From positions 11,598-75,597 of the forward strand of contig JASGJN010000016.1 of the NCBI GenBank assembly GCA_049840735.1: a DNA stretch of 64,000 nt, read 5' to 3'. This document shows positions 11,104 through 20,016 of the stretch, in pieces. This DNA comes from Anaeromyxobacter sp. Its GTDB lineage: Bacteria; Myxococcota; Myxococcia; Myxococcales; Anaeromyxobacteraceae. Made by a program: the position numbers and the translations under genes. How positions within the stretch are numbered: position 1 is the first letter of the stretch; every line of letters begins with the position of its first letter. The notes below the pieces were generated by a model. It did no database searches, was not told the origin of the DNA, and saw only the letters and a list, made by a program, of their open reading frames with translations.

Positions 11104-11631
11104 TCAGATCCAGGGCGTCTGCCGCACGAGCCGCCACGCCTGGTTTCGAGAGTCCCGCCTCGGCAGCAGCCGCGCAGGCGAGTTGGTGTCCTGGCCGGGC
11201 GCCGTGAGGTAGAGCTCGGAACCCCGCAGGCGGATGAGATAGGTCTCGTCGGGCTGCTTCAGGAACTCCCAGTGCTGTAGGCGGGTCCCCCCCATCGTCT
11301 GCTGCAGGAGGGCACCATCCGAGGCATCCAGGCTGCCGGGCTGGAACGCCTTCTGGGTGAACAGGTTCTTGACGAGGTAGGTGTCGCCCTCCAGCTGGAT
11401 GAGCTGCCACGTCATGCACTCCCAGTCGTGGTGGTCGTAGAGGATGACGCCGGTCCCATCCTCGATGCCAGCGTCGAGCGGCCGCAGATCCTTGCCGCTC
11501 TGCACGTTCTGGATGGCGTAGGTGTTCTGGTAGGCGAGCTTCTTCCGGATGTCCTTCCAGTGCCGTGCGCCGATGGGGACCGCCAGGACCACCAGCAGGA
11601 CAGCCAGGACACCAAGGATGATCTTCTTCAT
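11104..11631 (-). CDS. Membrane-anchored/secreted RICIN (beta-trefoil) domain protein
   Basis: N-terminal hydrophobic segment; YAIQNVQSGKDL, QHW, NQAW (QxW) repeats. Confidence 0.75.
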   Translation of the reverse strand: MKKIILGVLAVLLVVLAVPIGARHWKDIRKKLAYQNTYAIQNVQSGKDLRPLDAGIEDGTGVILYDHHDWECMTWQLIQLEGDTYLVKNLFTQKAFQPGSLDASDGALLQQTMGGTRLQHWEFLKQPDETYLIRLRGSELYLTAPGQDTNSPARLLPRRDSRNQAWRLVRQTPWI

Positions 11632-11652
11632 GAGGATCTCCGTCCGGCGCTT

Positions 11653-12531
11653 TCAGCGCGCCGACCGCGCAACGGCCTCGGCGCAGAGCCGCTCGCTCAG
11701 CGCCCAGAGGTCCGCCGCGAGCTTCGGGTCCAGCGCCTGCCTCTGCGGCGTGACCGGCCGCCGCTTCGAGACGTACTCGCCCTGGAGCGACGCCGCCTCC
11801 GGCGAGGTCGCGAGCCAGATGAGCGAGTCGGCGCCCTGCTCCGGCGTGACCGAGAAGGGCTTCGCGAGGGCGTAGACGAGGTTCAGCAGGAGTCCCTGGT
11901 CGGATCCGAACCCGCCGAACCGGGTGCGGACCATGCCGGGCTCGAAGCAGTTTGCCGACACGCCGGTGCCGCCGAGCCGGCGCTGGAGCTCCTTCGTGAA
12001 GAGGATGTTGGCGAGCTTCGAGGTCGCGTAGGCGTTCGGTCCCGACCCCTCCAGCGACGTCGGCGTCCTCGCGAGATCCAGCTTCCCGCGCGCCTGCATC
12101 GAGCTCGAGGTCGAGACGACGCGCGCGCCGGGCGTCTTCCGGAGCAGGTCGAGCAGGGACGTCGTGAGCTGGAAGTACGCGAGGTGGTTGAGGGCGAACG
12201 TCAGCTCGTACCCGTCGGGCCCCATGGTCGGCTTCTTGAAGGTGGCGCCGGCGTTATTCACGAGGACGTCGAGCCTGTCGTGGCTGGCCCTGAACTCCTC
12301 GGCGGCGCGCTTCACGTCGGCCATCCGCGAGAGGTCGCAGAGCAGGAGTTCGATGTTCGGGTTCCCGCTCCCGGCCTTCAGCTCCGCGAGCACCTGCTCG
12401 GTCTTCTGCCTGTTGCGGCCGACGATGGTCAGCGTCGCGCCGCGCCTCGCGAACCCGGTGGCGGCCGCCTTGCCGATGCCGTCCGTCGCGCCCGTGACGA
12501 GAAACACCTTTCCTGCCAGGTCCTGTGCCAT
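11653..12531 (-). CDS. Short-chain dehydrogenase/reductase (retinol dehydrogenase-like)
   Basis: TGATDGIG, NNAG, YATSK. Confidence 0.92.
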   Translation of the reverse strand: MAQDLAGKVFLVTGATDGIGKAAATGFARRGATLTIVGRNRQKTEQVLAELKAGSGNPNIELLLCDLSRMADVKRAAEEFRASHDRLDVLVNNAGATFKKPTMGPDGYELTFALNHLAYFQLTTSLLDLLRKTPGARVVSTSSSMQARGKLDLARTPTSLEGSGPNAYATSKLANILFTKELQRRLGGTGVSANCFEPGMVRTRFGGFGSDQGLLLNLVYALAKPFSVTPEQGADSLIWLATSPEAASLQGEYVSKRRPVTPQRQALDPKLAADLWALSERLCAEAVARSAR

Positions 12532-12575
12532 GTGCGGTTCCATTCGTCGAGGGGCTGCGGCCGCCGTCCAGACGG

Positions 12576-13241
12576 TCAGCGGGCGCCGACCCGGTTGATG
12601 TCGGCAGACTCCAGGATGAACCGGTCCGCGCGCCCTTCGACCACGCGGAGCATGGCGCGGCCGAGGAGCTCGGACGTGGTGAACAGGAACGGGAACGCGC
12701 GCACGAGGAGCGGCGTGAACAGGAACAGCGGCCTCAGCAGGACGATCCCGACCTGGTAACCCCGCGTGCGACTCCGGATGCCGGGGCCGGGCCGGATGAA
12801 GCCGGGCCGCACCGCGCCGGCGTGGCGGAACGGCATCGCCCGGAGCGCGCCTTCGACGCGCTGGCGCACGCGCGCCCACATCGACCGGCCGCCTGCGCCG
12901 CCGGCGGAGCAGTAGCAGAAGGAGAGCCCCGGGTTCAGGCGCAGGAGCGCTTGAGCCCACGTGAGGGTCAGCTCCTCCGTCACCCGGGCGTAGGCCGCCT
13001 CGTCGAGCCCGACGGAGCTCACGCCCACCGCCCAGATGCAGGCGTCGTAGCCGACAAGCTGGTCCTCGACCGCCGCGAGGTCGAACAGGTCCGGCAGGAG
13101 CAGCTCCCGGAGCTTCGGGTGCGAGACGCCGCCCGGGCGCCGGCCGATGGACAGCACGGCCTCGACCTCCGGCGCCGCGAGCGCCTCGCGCAGCGCGCCG
13201 GTCCCGACCATGCCCGAGGCGCCGAGGAGGATGAGCTTCAT
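12576..13241 (-). CDS. NAD(P)-binding epimerase-like Rossmann protein
   Basis: MKLILLGASGMVG; overlaps the TetR stop (ATGA). Confidence 0.85.
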   Translation of the reverse strand: MKLILLGASGMVGTGALREALAAPEVEAVLSIGRRPGGVSHPKLRELLLPDLFDLAAVEDQLVGYDACIWAVGVSSVGLDEAAYARVTEELTLTWAQALLRLNPGLSFCYCSAGGAGGRSMWARVRQRVEGALRAMPFRHAGAVRPGFIRPGPGIRSRTRGYQVGIVLLRPLFLFTPLLVRAFPFLFTTSELLGRAMLRVVEGRADRFILESADINRVGAR

Positions 13242-13810
13242 CGGCGCGACCCTCCACGGCCGGAGGCCTTCGACGGCACGAACCGCTCCGCGAGGACGCG
13301 GAGGCGACGCTCGAGCACCTGCACCTTGGGCTGGTCTCCCAGAAGACCGTCCAGGGCGAGCAGGAAGACCTCTGCGTGCGCCTGGCTGCCCAGGATCGCC
13401 TCCACGCACTGCAGCGCCACCTTGCGATGGCGAGCGTCGATCCCGGGGTCGATCCGCGCGCAGACGTCGAAGAACTCGGACCCCATCGGCGCGGCGGACA
13501 TGTCGGACCAGGGCTCGAGCACCATGACCCGGCACACCGTCAGCAGGCGCTCCAGGGGATCCCCCTGCCCGTTCGCGGCCTCCTGCGCCTCCGGGTGCCG
13601 CGCCACGAGCCAGTGCGCGAACACGGCCGTGAAGATGTCTTCCTTGTCCTTGAAGGTCCGGTAGAGCAGCGTGCGCGAGATCCCTGCGCGCTTCGCGATG
13701 TCCTCGAGGGACGTCTTCGAGAAGCCGAAGTTGAGGAAGCACCAGCGCGCGGCCTGCAAGACCTTCGACCGGCGCTCGGCGGCATCCTGTTCGGTGAGCG
13801 CGACGGGCAT
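13238..13810 (-). CDS. TetR family transcriptional regulator
   Basis: GFSKTSLEDIAKRAGISRTLLYRTFKDKEDIF. Confidence 0.93.
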   Translation of the reverse strand: MPVALTEQDAAERRSKVLQAARWCFLNFGFSKTSLEDIAKRAGISRTLLYRTFKDKEDIFTAVFAHWLVARHPEAQEAANGQGDPLERLLTVCRVMVLEPWSDMSAAPMGSEFFDVCARIDPGIDARHRKVALQCVEAILGSQAHAEVFLLALDGLLGDQPKVQVLERRLRVLAERFVPSKASGRGGSRR

Positions 13811-13873
13811 GCAGTGCTCCTTGCGCCAGGCCCGGGTCGAGGCGGGGTGACCCCGCGGCCGGCATCTGGCGAC

Positions 13874-13902
13874 ATCGTGACAACTTGCACGCCGCATGTC
13901 AA
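13874..13902 (-). promoter_or_regulatory. Sigma70 promoter with overlapping inverted repeat (probable TetR operator)
   Basis: Minus strand TTGACA-17 nt-CACGAT; TGACA(13878-82)-N14-TGTCA(13897-901) inverted repeat. Confidence 0.6.
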
Positions 13903-14085
13903 CACGTGTCGACGCGAAAGGGAGAGGGCGCCCCGGTCCTCCACGAGGAGGGCCTGATGCCCGGGACCGCGCCCGGACGAACGTGTAGGTGCCCCGCCGG
14001 CGCCCTCGGCGGGGCCGTCAAAGGACGGACGGAGCTGCTCCCGGTCAGGCGCAGCTCCGCTCGTACGATTGCCCTGGGCCGGAAG

Positions 14086-15300
14086 CTAGAACGCGTGCAC
14101 GAACAGCCCCGACCGCAGCTTCGGCTCGAACCAGGTGCTCTTGGGCGGCATGAGCTTGCCGGCGTCGGAGACCGAGATGAGCTGGTCGATCCGCGTCGGG
14201 TGGAGGTGGATGGCGAGCGACCAGCCCTCCTCGTTCACGCGCTTCTCCAGCTCGGCCGCGCCGCGGATGCCGCCGACGAAGTCCACGTCCTTGGAGGTGC
14301 GCGGGTCCAGGATGCCGAACAGCGGCGCCAGGAGCTGGTCCTGCACGATGGAGCAGTCGAGCGCGGCCACCGGATCGTTCGCCTGGTAGCTGCCCGGGCG
14401 CGCCTTGGCCTTCCACCAGCGGCCGCCCAGGTAGAGCCCGAAGGCCAGCGAGGAGCCGGGCTGCGGCTGCGCGGCGGGCTCGAGGTCCATCACCTCGCCG
14501 ATGGCGGCCAGCAGCTGCTCGGGCGAGCGGCGGCGCGGGTCGCGCACCAGCCGGTTGTAGGCCAGGATCTGCATCTGGTCGTGCGGGAAGACCACCGCCA
14601 GGAAGGCGCCGTGATCGCCCGGCTGGCCGCGCCGCGCGGCGTGGACGCGGCTGGCGGCGGCGGAGCGGTGGTGGCCGTCGGCCACGTAGAGCGCCGGCAC
14701 GGCGCGGAAGAGCGCGGCGATGGCCTCGCCGGCGGCGGCCGGAACCACCCAGAGCTGGTGACCGACGCCGTCGGGCGTAACCAGGTCGTACTCCGGCGGC
14801 GCGGCCTTCACCGCCTCGACGGCGCGGTCGATCTCCGCCACCGCGCGGTAGGTCAGGAACACCGGCTCGTCGTGGGCCGAGAGGACGTCGATGTGCCGGA
14901 CCCGGTCGTCCTCCTTGTCGGCCCGCGTCTTCTCGTGCTTCTTGATGACGTCGCGGTCGTACTCGTCCACCGAGGCGCAGGCCACCAGGCCGGTCTGGCG
15001 GTGGTCCCCCATCTTCTGCGCGTAGACGTAGAGGCGCGGCTCGGGGTCGGCGCGCAGCACGCCGCGCGCGATCAGCTCCTCGAGGTTCTTGCGGCCCTGC
15101 TGGTAGACCGGCTCGGTGTGCTCGTCCACGCCCTCCGCCAGGTCGATCTCCGGGCGCGAGACGCGCAGGAAGGAGTCCGCGTTCCCGGCCGCGAGCGCGC
15201 GGGCCTCGCGCGTGTTGATGACGTCGTAGGGCGGCGAGGCCACGCGGGCGGCGATGGCGGCAGGCGGGCGGAGCGCGCGGAACGGGGAGAGCGTGGCCAT
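14086..15300 (-). CDS. DUF1015 family protein
   Basis: SPPYDV, IKKHEKTR, YVADGHHRSAAA, MPPKSTWFEPKLRSGL. Confidence 0.92.
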   Translation of the reverse strand: MATLSPFRALRPPAAIAARVASPPYDVINTREARALAAGNADSFLRVSRPEIDLAEGVDEHTEPVYQQGRKNLEELIARGVLRADPEPRLYVYAQKMGDHRQTGLVACASVDEYDRDVIKKHEKTRADKEDDRVRHIDVLSAHDEPVFLTYRAVAEIDRAVEAVKAAPPEYDLVTPDGVGHQLWVVPAAAGEAIAALFRAVPALYVADGHHRSAAASRVHAARRGQPGDHGAFLAVVFPHDQMQILAYNRLVRDPRRRSPEQLLAAIGEVMDLEPAAQPQPGSSLAFGLYLGGRWWKAKARPGSYQANDPVAALDCSIVQDQLLAPLFGILDPRTSKDVDFVGGIRGAAELEKRVNEEGWSLAIHLHPTRIDQLISVSDAGKLMPPKSTWFEPKLRSGLFVHAF

Positions 15301-15507
15301 GTGCGTCGTGTCCTCTCGAGGGCGGGGGTGGGGTGTCTTAGCAGATGGCCCCCTGCGCCGCGCAAGAAATGCAGCCGCAGACATGCCCCGCGCGTCCCTT
15401 GCACAGGGGACAAGCCATCACCGGCGCCCTGCCCTCCCCCGTCCTCTCGGTAGTCGGCCGCAAACTGCGCGGCATTTCCATGGCGCGCCGCACCCGTTCG
15501 GGAGGGA

Positions 15508-15524
15508 CGGGCACGGCCGTTGCT
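15508..15524 (+). promoter_or_regulatory. Sigma54 (-24/-12) promoter upstream of multiheme cytochrome
   Basis: cgGGCACGGCCGTTGCT = GG-N10-GC, close to TGGCACG-N4-TTGCW; ~80 bp before ATG 15603. Confidence 0.6.
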
Positions 15525-15602
15525 CAAGGCCTCAGCCTCGACCGCTGGACACCGCCGCGGACGGCGGGAGCACACCTCCACCCCTGCTCCGCCGGAGCCT
15601 CC

Positions 15603-17612
15603 ATGTCCTCCATCCGCCGCCTGGCCCTCCCTGCCGCGATCCTGGCCCTCCTGGCCGGCTGCGACCAGGCCCGCCCGATCGCCGGGGTGGACCCGGCCGA
15701 TCCAGGCGGCGTGAGCGCGCGCTGCACCTCCTGCCACGGCGACGCCAGCCGCGACGAGGTCGAGCTGCTCGTAAAGGCCGCGCCACCGGCGACGGTGAGC
15801 GGGGCCAGCGCGGGCGCCCACCTGGCGCACCTGCACGGCGGCACCTTCCGCAACGCCCTGGCCTGCGCCGACTGCCACGTGGTCCCCCAGTCCACCGGAC
15901 ACGCCGACGGCGCCATCGAGGTCCGCTTCGGCGCGCTGGCCAAGGCCGGCGACACCACGCCAAGCTGGAGCGGCGACACCTGCACCGTCTACTGCCACGG
16001 CGCCACGCTGGGCGCGAGCGGCGCCAGCACCACGCCGCGCTGGGACGGCGGCGCGCTCGACTGCGGCAGCTGCCACGGGGCGCCGCCGCCCTCGCACGAT
16101 CCCGCCTCCACCCGCTGCGCCACCTGCCACCCCGGCACGGTCAAGGCGGACGGCACCATCGACCTCGCCAATGGGATGCACATCGACGGCAAGCTGGAGG
16201 TGAGCAGCCAGCACCCGGACGGCTGGGCCAATCCCGCCCAGCACGGGCCGGCCGCCAAGCAGGATCTCCCCGGCTGCCAGGCCTGCCACGGCGCCGACCT
16301 CGACGGCGGCACCAGCGGCGTCTCCTGCAACGCCTGCCACGGCGGCACCGCCTGGCAGTCCAACTGCACCTTCTGCCACGGCGCCAAGCTCGCCACCTAC
16401 ACCGCCGGCGATCTGGCGAAGGCCGCGCCGCCCCGCGGCGCCGGCGGCGAGACCGACGGCAGCGCGCGCGCGGTGGGCGCCCACCAGGCCCACCTCGTGG
16501 CGGGCGTGCTCTCGCGGGCAGTCGCGTGCGCCGAGTGCCACGCCAGCGTGCCCACCAGCCTGGCCCACGTGGACGGGGCCACCACGCTGTCCTGGGGCAC
16601 GCTGGCCCGCGGCGGCGGCGCGGCGCCCAGCTGGAACGGCACCTCCTGCGCCAACTACTGCCACGGCGCCACGCTCGGCGCCGGCGGCACGAACCACGCG
16701 CCCGCCTGGACCGGCGGCGCCGCCCAGGCCGCCTGCGGCACCTGCCACGGCGCGCCGCCTCCTGCGCCGCACGCGCAGGACACCAGCTGCGGCAGCTGCC
16801 ACACCGGCTACACCGCGACCAGCGTCAACGCGGCCACGCACATCGACGGCCACCTCGACGTGAGCGCGCTCTCCTGCACCTCCTGCCACGGCGACGCCAC
16901 CCGCACCAGCAACCCGGCCGCCCCGCCGCGCGGCACGCACGGGGAGACCGCCACCACCGCCCGCGCCGTCGGCGCCCACCAGGCGCACCTCGCCGGCAAC
17001 GCCATCGCCAGGGCCGTGGCCTGCACCGAGTGCCACGCCGTCCCCAGCTCCCCCAGCCACTCCAGCGGCGCGGTGGACATGTCCTGGGGCACGCTGGCCC
17101 GCGGCGGCGGCGTGGCGCCAAGCTGGAACGGCACCACCTGCGCCAACTACTGCCACGGCGCCACGCTCGGCGCCGGCGGCACGAACCACGCGCCCGCCTG
17201 GACCGGCGGCGCCGCCCAGGCCGCCTGCGGCACCTGCCACGGCGCGCCGCCCCCGGCGCCGCACGTCTGCAAGACGGCGTCGTGGTCCTGGTGCAACAGC
17301 CGGACGGACTGCGGCACCTGCCACGCCGGCTACACCGGCAGCACCACCAACCTGACCACGCACGTGGACGGGGCGCTCCAGTCCGCGACCACCTGCCAGG
17401 GCTGCCACGCCACCGCCGCGCTCACCAGCCGCCACCGGCGGAGCGAGCATGTGTCCCGCTCCTGCGGCGACTGCCACCCGGGCTACACCGCCAGTGCGGT
17501 GAACGCGACCACGCACCGCGACGGCACCGCCGAGGTCGGCAACCGGATCACGAGCTTCAACACCGCCACCCGTACCTGCACCAGCAGCTGTCACGGCTCC
17601 GAGACCTGGTGA
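15603..17612 (+). CDS. Lipoprotein multiheme c-type cytochrome (CxxxxCH/CxxCH-domain type), 20 heme motifs
   Basis: Lipobox LAGC; 16 CxxCH + 4 CxxxCH; repeated GAHxAH...HxDG modules. Confidence 0.93.
   Translation: MSSIRRLALPAAILALLAGCDQARPIAGVDPADPGGVSARCTSCHGDASRDEVELLVKAAPPATVSGASAGAHLAHLHGGTFRNALACADCHVVPQSTGHADGAIEVRFGALAKAGDTTPSWSGDTCTVYCHGATLGASGASTTPRWDGGALDCGSCHGAPPPSHDPASTRCATCHPGTVKADGTIDLANGMHIDGKLEVSSQHPDGWANPAQHGPAAKQDLPGCQACHGADLDGGTSGVSCNACHGGTAWQSNCTFCHGAKLATYTAGDLAKAAPPRGAGGETDGSARAVGAHQAHLVAGVLSRAVACAECHASVPTSLAHVDGATTLSWGTLARGGGAAPSWNGTSCANYCHGATLGAGGTNHAPAWTGGAAQAACGTCHGAPPPAPHAQDTSCGSCHTGYTATSVNAATHIDGHLDVSALSCTSCHGDATRTSNPAAPPRGTHGETATTARAVGAHQAHLAGNAIARAVACTECHAVPSSPSHSSGAVDMSWGTLARGGGVAPSWNGTTCANYCHGATLGAGGTNHAPAWTGGAAQAACGTCHGAPPPAPHVCKTASWSWCNSRTDCGTCHAGYTGSTTNLTTHVDGALQSATTCQGCHATAALTSRHRRSEHVSRSCGDCHPGYTASAVNATTHRDGTAEVGNRITSFNTATRTCTSSCHGSETW
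16589..17265 (+). repeat. Near-identical ~185 bp intragenic direct repeat (16589-16773 and 17081-17265)
   Basis: Both encode SWGTLARGGGxAPSWNGTxCANYCHGATLGAGGTNHAPAWTGGAAQAACGTCHGAPPPAPH; offset 492 bp. Confidence 0.9.
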
Positions 17613-17769
17613 GCCGGCGGCCCCTGTCCGCCGCGGGGGCGCTGCGGCCCAGCGCTTCGCGCGCGGCCGGTGCAGGCCTCCCGGCCCCCAAGCGGCCCAT
17701 TTGAGGCCCTTCGTGGCCCGACCTGTGGGCTCAGGTAGGATGCATTCCCGCGACGATCAGTGCCCCTGC

Positions 17770-17783
17770 TTGAGATTGATCAA
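17770..17783. promoter_or_regulatory. FNR/CRP-family-like box upstream of second cytochrome
   Basis: gcTTGAG-attg-ATCAAgc; 9/10 match to TTGAT-N4-ATCAA with palindromic flanks. Confidence 0.55.
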
Positions 17784-17871
17784 GCTTTCCCTCCTCGGAT
17801 GGCGGCAAACTCGCGCACGAATCGCCCCACGTATCGGGCGGGTGGCTCTTCTGATGGCCGAGGAACTTCGA

Positions 17872-19005
17872 ATGATCCGCAATCTGAGCTGGGCGGTGCT
17901 GGGCGTGCTGGCGGTCGCAACCTTCGGGGGCTGCGACTCCGCGCGCGAGGTTCCGGTCTCGAGCAGCGTCCAGGAGTCGTGCACGCGCTGCCACGGCTAC
18001 CCGCCGTCGGCCGCGACCGGCAACCCTGGGCACCCGCAGAACACGAGCTGCTCGGCCTGCCATCCGACGTCGGTCGAGGGCGACAACCAGACCATCGTCG
18101 CCGGCGGCACGCACGCCAACGGCCACGTGGACGTGTTCCAGCACCCGGCCGGCTTCGCCCAGGCCAGCCAGCACGGCCCGGCCGCGCTGCAGTGGCTCGC
18201 GGGCAGCGCCGAGGTCCCGCAGTGCGCCTCCTGCCACGGCGAGAACCTCGACGGCGGCGGCGCGCAGGTGGACTGCGGCGCCTGCCACTCGGCCCCGCAC
18301 AGCGGCCGCTTCCCCAACGGCGCGCAGGCCTGGTCGGAGAACTGCACCTTCTGCCACGGCCAGCCGCAGGCGGCGTTCGACTACGAGACGCAGCTCCCCT
18401 TCGCCTCGCCCCCGGTGGCGGTGAGCCAGGCCGCCGAGGATCCGGCCATCGGCGCGCACCACAGCCACGTCTTCGGCGGCCCGCTCGCCGACGCGCAGGC
18501 CTGCGCCAGCTGCCACTCGGTCCCGCCGGCCGCCTACCCGGCCTCGCTCGACCACGTGGACGGCTCCGCCGTGCCGGTGCTGGGCGGCCTGGCCGCCGCG
18601 CAGGGCGTGACGCCCAGCTTCGACGCCGGCTCGGCCACCTGCACCACCTACTGCCACGGCAAGAGCCTCACCGCCGACAGCGCCACCTCCACGGTGGTCT
18701 TCGCCGCCGGCACCTCGCCGGCCTGGTCCGACACCGCCGGCCTGACCTGCGCCGGCTGCCACGGCGCGGTGCCCAGCTCCGGCCTGCACGCCTTCCACGT
18801 GACCAGCCGTCACCAGGACTGCGGCACCTGCCACCAGGGCTACGAGCAGGACCAGCGGATCGTGAAGGCGCTGCACGTCAACGGCAACGCCGACGTGGTC
18901 ACCGCCGACGGCCACGTCATCCCCTCCGAGAACAACGCCGACCGGCACTGGGGCGAGGCGCAGTGCGCCGACTGCCACACGCACCTCGGCATCCCGGTCC
19001 CGTAG
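17872..19005 (+). CDS. Lipoprotein multiheme c-type cytochrome, 10 heme motifs; paralog of upstream gene
   Basis: FGGC lipobox-like; 9 CxxCH + 1 CxxxCH; shares NCTFCHG and GAH motifs. Confidence 0.92.
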   Translation: MIRNLSWAVLGVLAVATFGGCDSAREVPVSSSVQESCTRCHGYPPSAATGNPGHPQNTSCSACHPTSVEGDNQTIVAGGTHANGHVDVFQHPAGFAQASQHGPAALQWLAGSAEVPQCASCHGENLDGGGAQVDCGACHSAPHSGRFPNGAQAWSENCTFCHGQPQAAFDYETQLPFASPPVAVSQAAEDPAIGAHHSHVFGGPLADAQACASCHSVPPAAYPASLDHVDGSAVPVLGGLAAAQGVTPSFDAGSATCTTYCHGKSLTADSATSTVVFAAGTSPAWSDTAGLTCAGCHGAVPSSGLHAFHVTSRHQDCGTCHQGYEQDQRIVKALHVNGNADVVTADGHVIPSENNADRHWGEAQCADCHTHLGIPVP

Positions 19006-19034
19006 CCCAGGCTGCGCGTCTCACCCGGAGCCCG

Positions 19035-19061
19035 CCCGCCGGCCTCGCGCCGGCCGGCGGG
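19035..19061 (+). terminator. GC-rich hairpin after cytochrome genes
   Basis: CCCGCCGGCC-7 nt-GGCCGGCGGG perfect 10 bp stem; weak U tract. Confidence 0.4.
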
Positions 19062-19168
19062 TTCCGCCGTTTCGGGCCTGGCCGGAGACCTGGGCGGCCT
19101 GGGCCTGCTCCGGGCCCGCCCGCCGATTCCCGTTGCGCCCGGTGGGCCACCCTGACACCTTCGCGCCC

Positions 19169-19933
19169 ATGAAGCGCGAGCGCGACGCCAACGACCAACG
19201 GATCGCCCTGTTCATCGACTTCGAGAACCTGGTCACCCGGACCGGCCTCTCCCCCGAGACGTTCGACCTCCAGCCGGCCCTCGACACCCTGCTCGAGAAG
19301 GGCAAGGTGGTCTTCCGCCGGGCCTACGCCGACTGGACCCGGTTCTCGGCCGCCACCCAGCGGCTGCACGACAAGGGCGTGGAGCTGGTGGACGTGCCGC
19401 CCTCCACCCGCGCCGGCAAGAACGGCGCCGACATGCGGCTGGTGATCGACGCGCTGGAGCTGGCCTACCTGCGCGAGCACATCGACACCTTCGTGATCGC
19501 GTCGGGCGACTCCGACTTCTGCCCCCTCGCCTACAAGCTGCGCGAGAACGACCGGACGGTCATCGGCATGGCGGTCAAGGAGGCCACCAGCCCGCTCTTC
19601 GTGAAGGCCTGCGACGAGTTCATCTACCTGCGCCCCGGCAGCGGGCGGAGGAAGGAGTCCTCGCGCGGCGAGAAGGAGAAGCCGGAGAAGGCGCCCACGC
19701 CCAAGGGCATCCCCGAGGTGGCCCGCGACGCCGCGGCCGCCATCCTGGCTCGCGCCGCCGGCCCGGTGAACCCGTCCGCCATCAAGGCCGCCATCGTCCG
19801 GCGCGAGCCGGACTTCGACGAGCGCGAGCACGGGTACTCCTCCTTCAGCCGCCTGCTGGAGGCCATGGAGACCGAGGGGCTCCTGCGCCGCGAGCAGGGG
19901 GCGAAGGGGCAGTGGTACGTGCTGCCGGCCTGA
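19169..19933 (+). CDS. NYN domain (LabA/DUF88) protein with OST-HTH/LOTUS domain
   Basis: IALFIDFEN, GKNGADMRLVIDA, SGDSDF; C-terminal PDFDEREHGYSSFSRLLE. Confidence 0.9.
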   Translation: MKRERDANDQRIALFIDFENLVTRTGLSPETFDLQPALDTLLEKGKVVFRRAYADWTRFSAATQRLHDKGVELVDVPPSTRAGKNGADMRLVIDALELAYLREHIDTFVIASGDSDFCPLAYKLRENDRTVIGMAVKEATSPLFVKACDEFIYLRPGSGRRKESSRGEKEKPEKAPTPKGIPEVARDAAAAILARAAGPVNPSAIKAAIVRREPDFDEREHGYSSFSRLLEAMETEGLLRREQGAKGQWYVLPA

Positions 19934-20016
19934 GGCCTCCACCGGCCGCGCGCGGCGCCAGGACCTAGGCTTCCCAGGAACGCCCCCGCGCCCGCGACGG
20001 GCGGGAGGAAGCCCCC

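Noticed and set aside
17795..17860. c-di-GMP-I riboswitch (GGCAAAC) before the second cytochrome
   Set aside because: The GAAA tetraloop stem and GCAAAG elements that should follow were not found
19169..19933. NYN protein as part of a defence or toxin system
   Set aside because: Common LabA/DUF88-OST-HTH architecture with no defence-type neighbours
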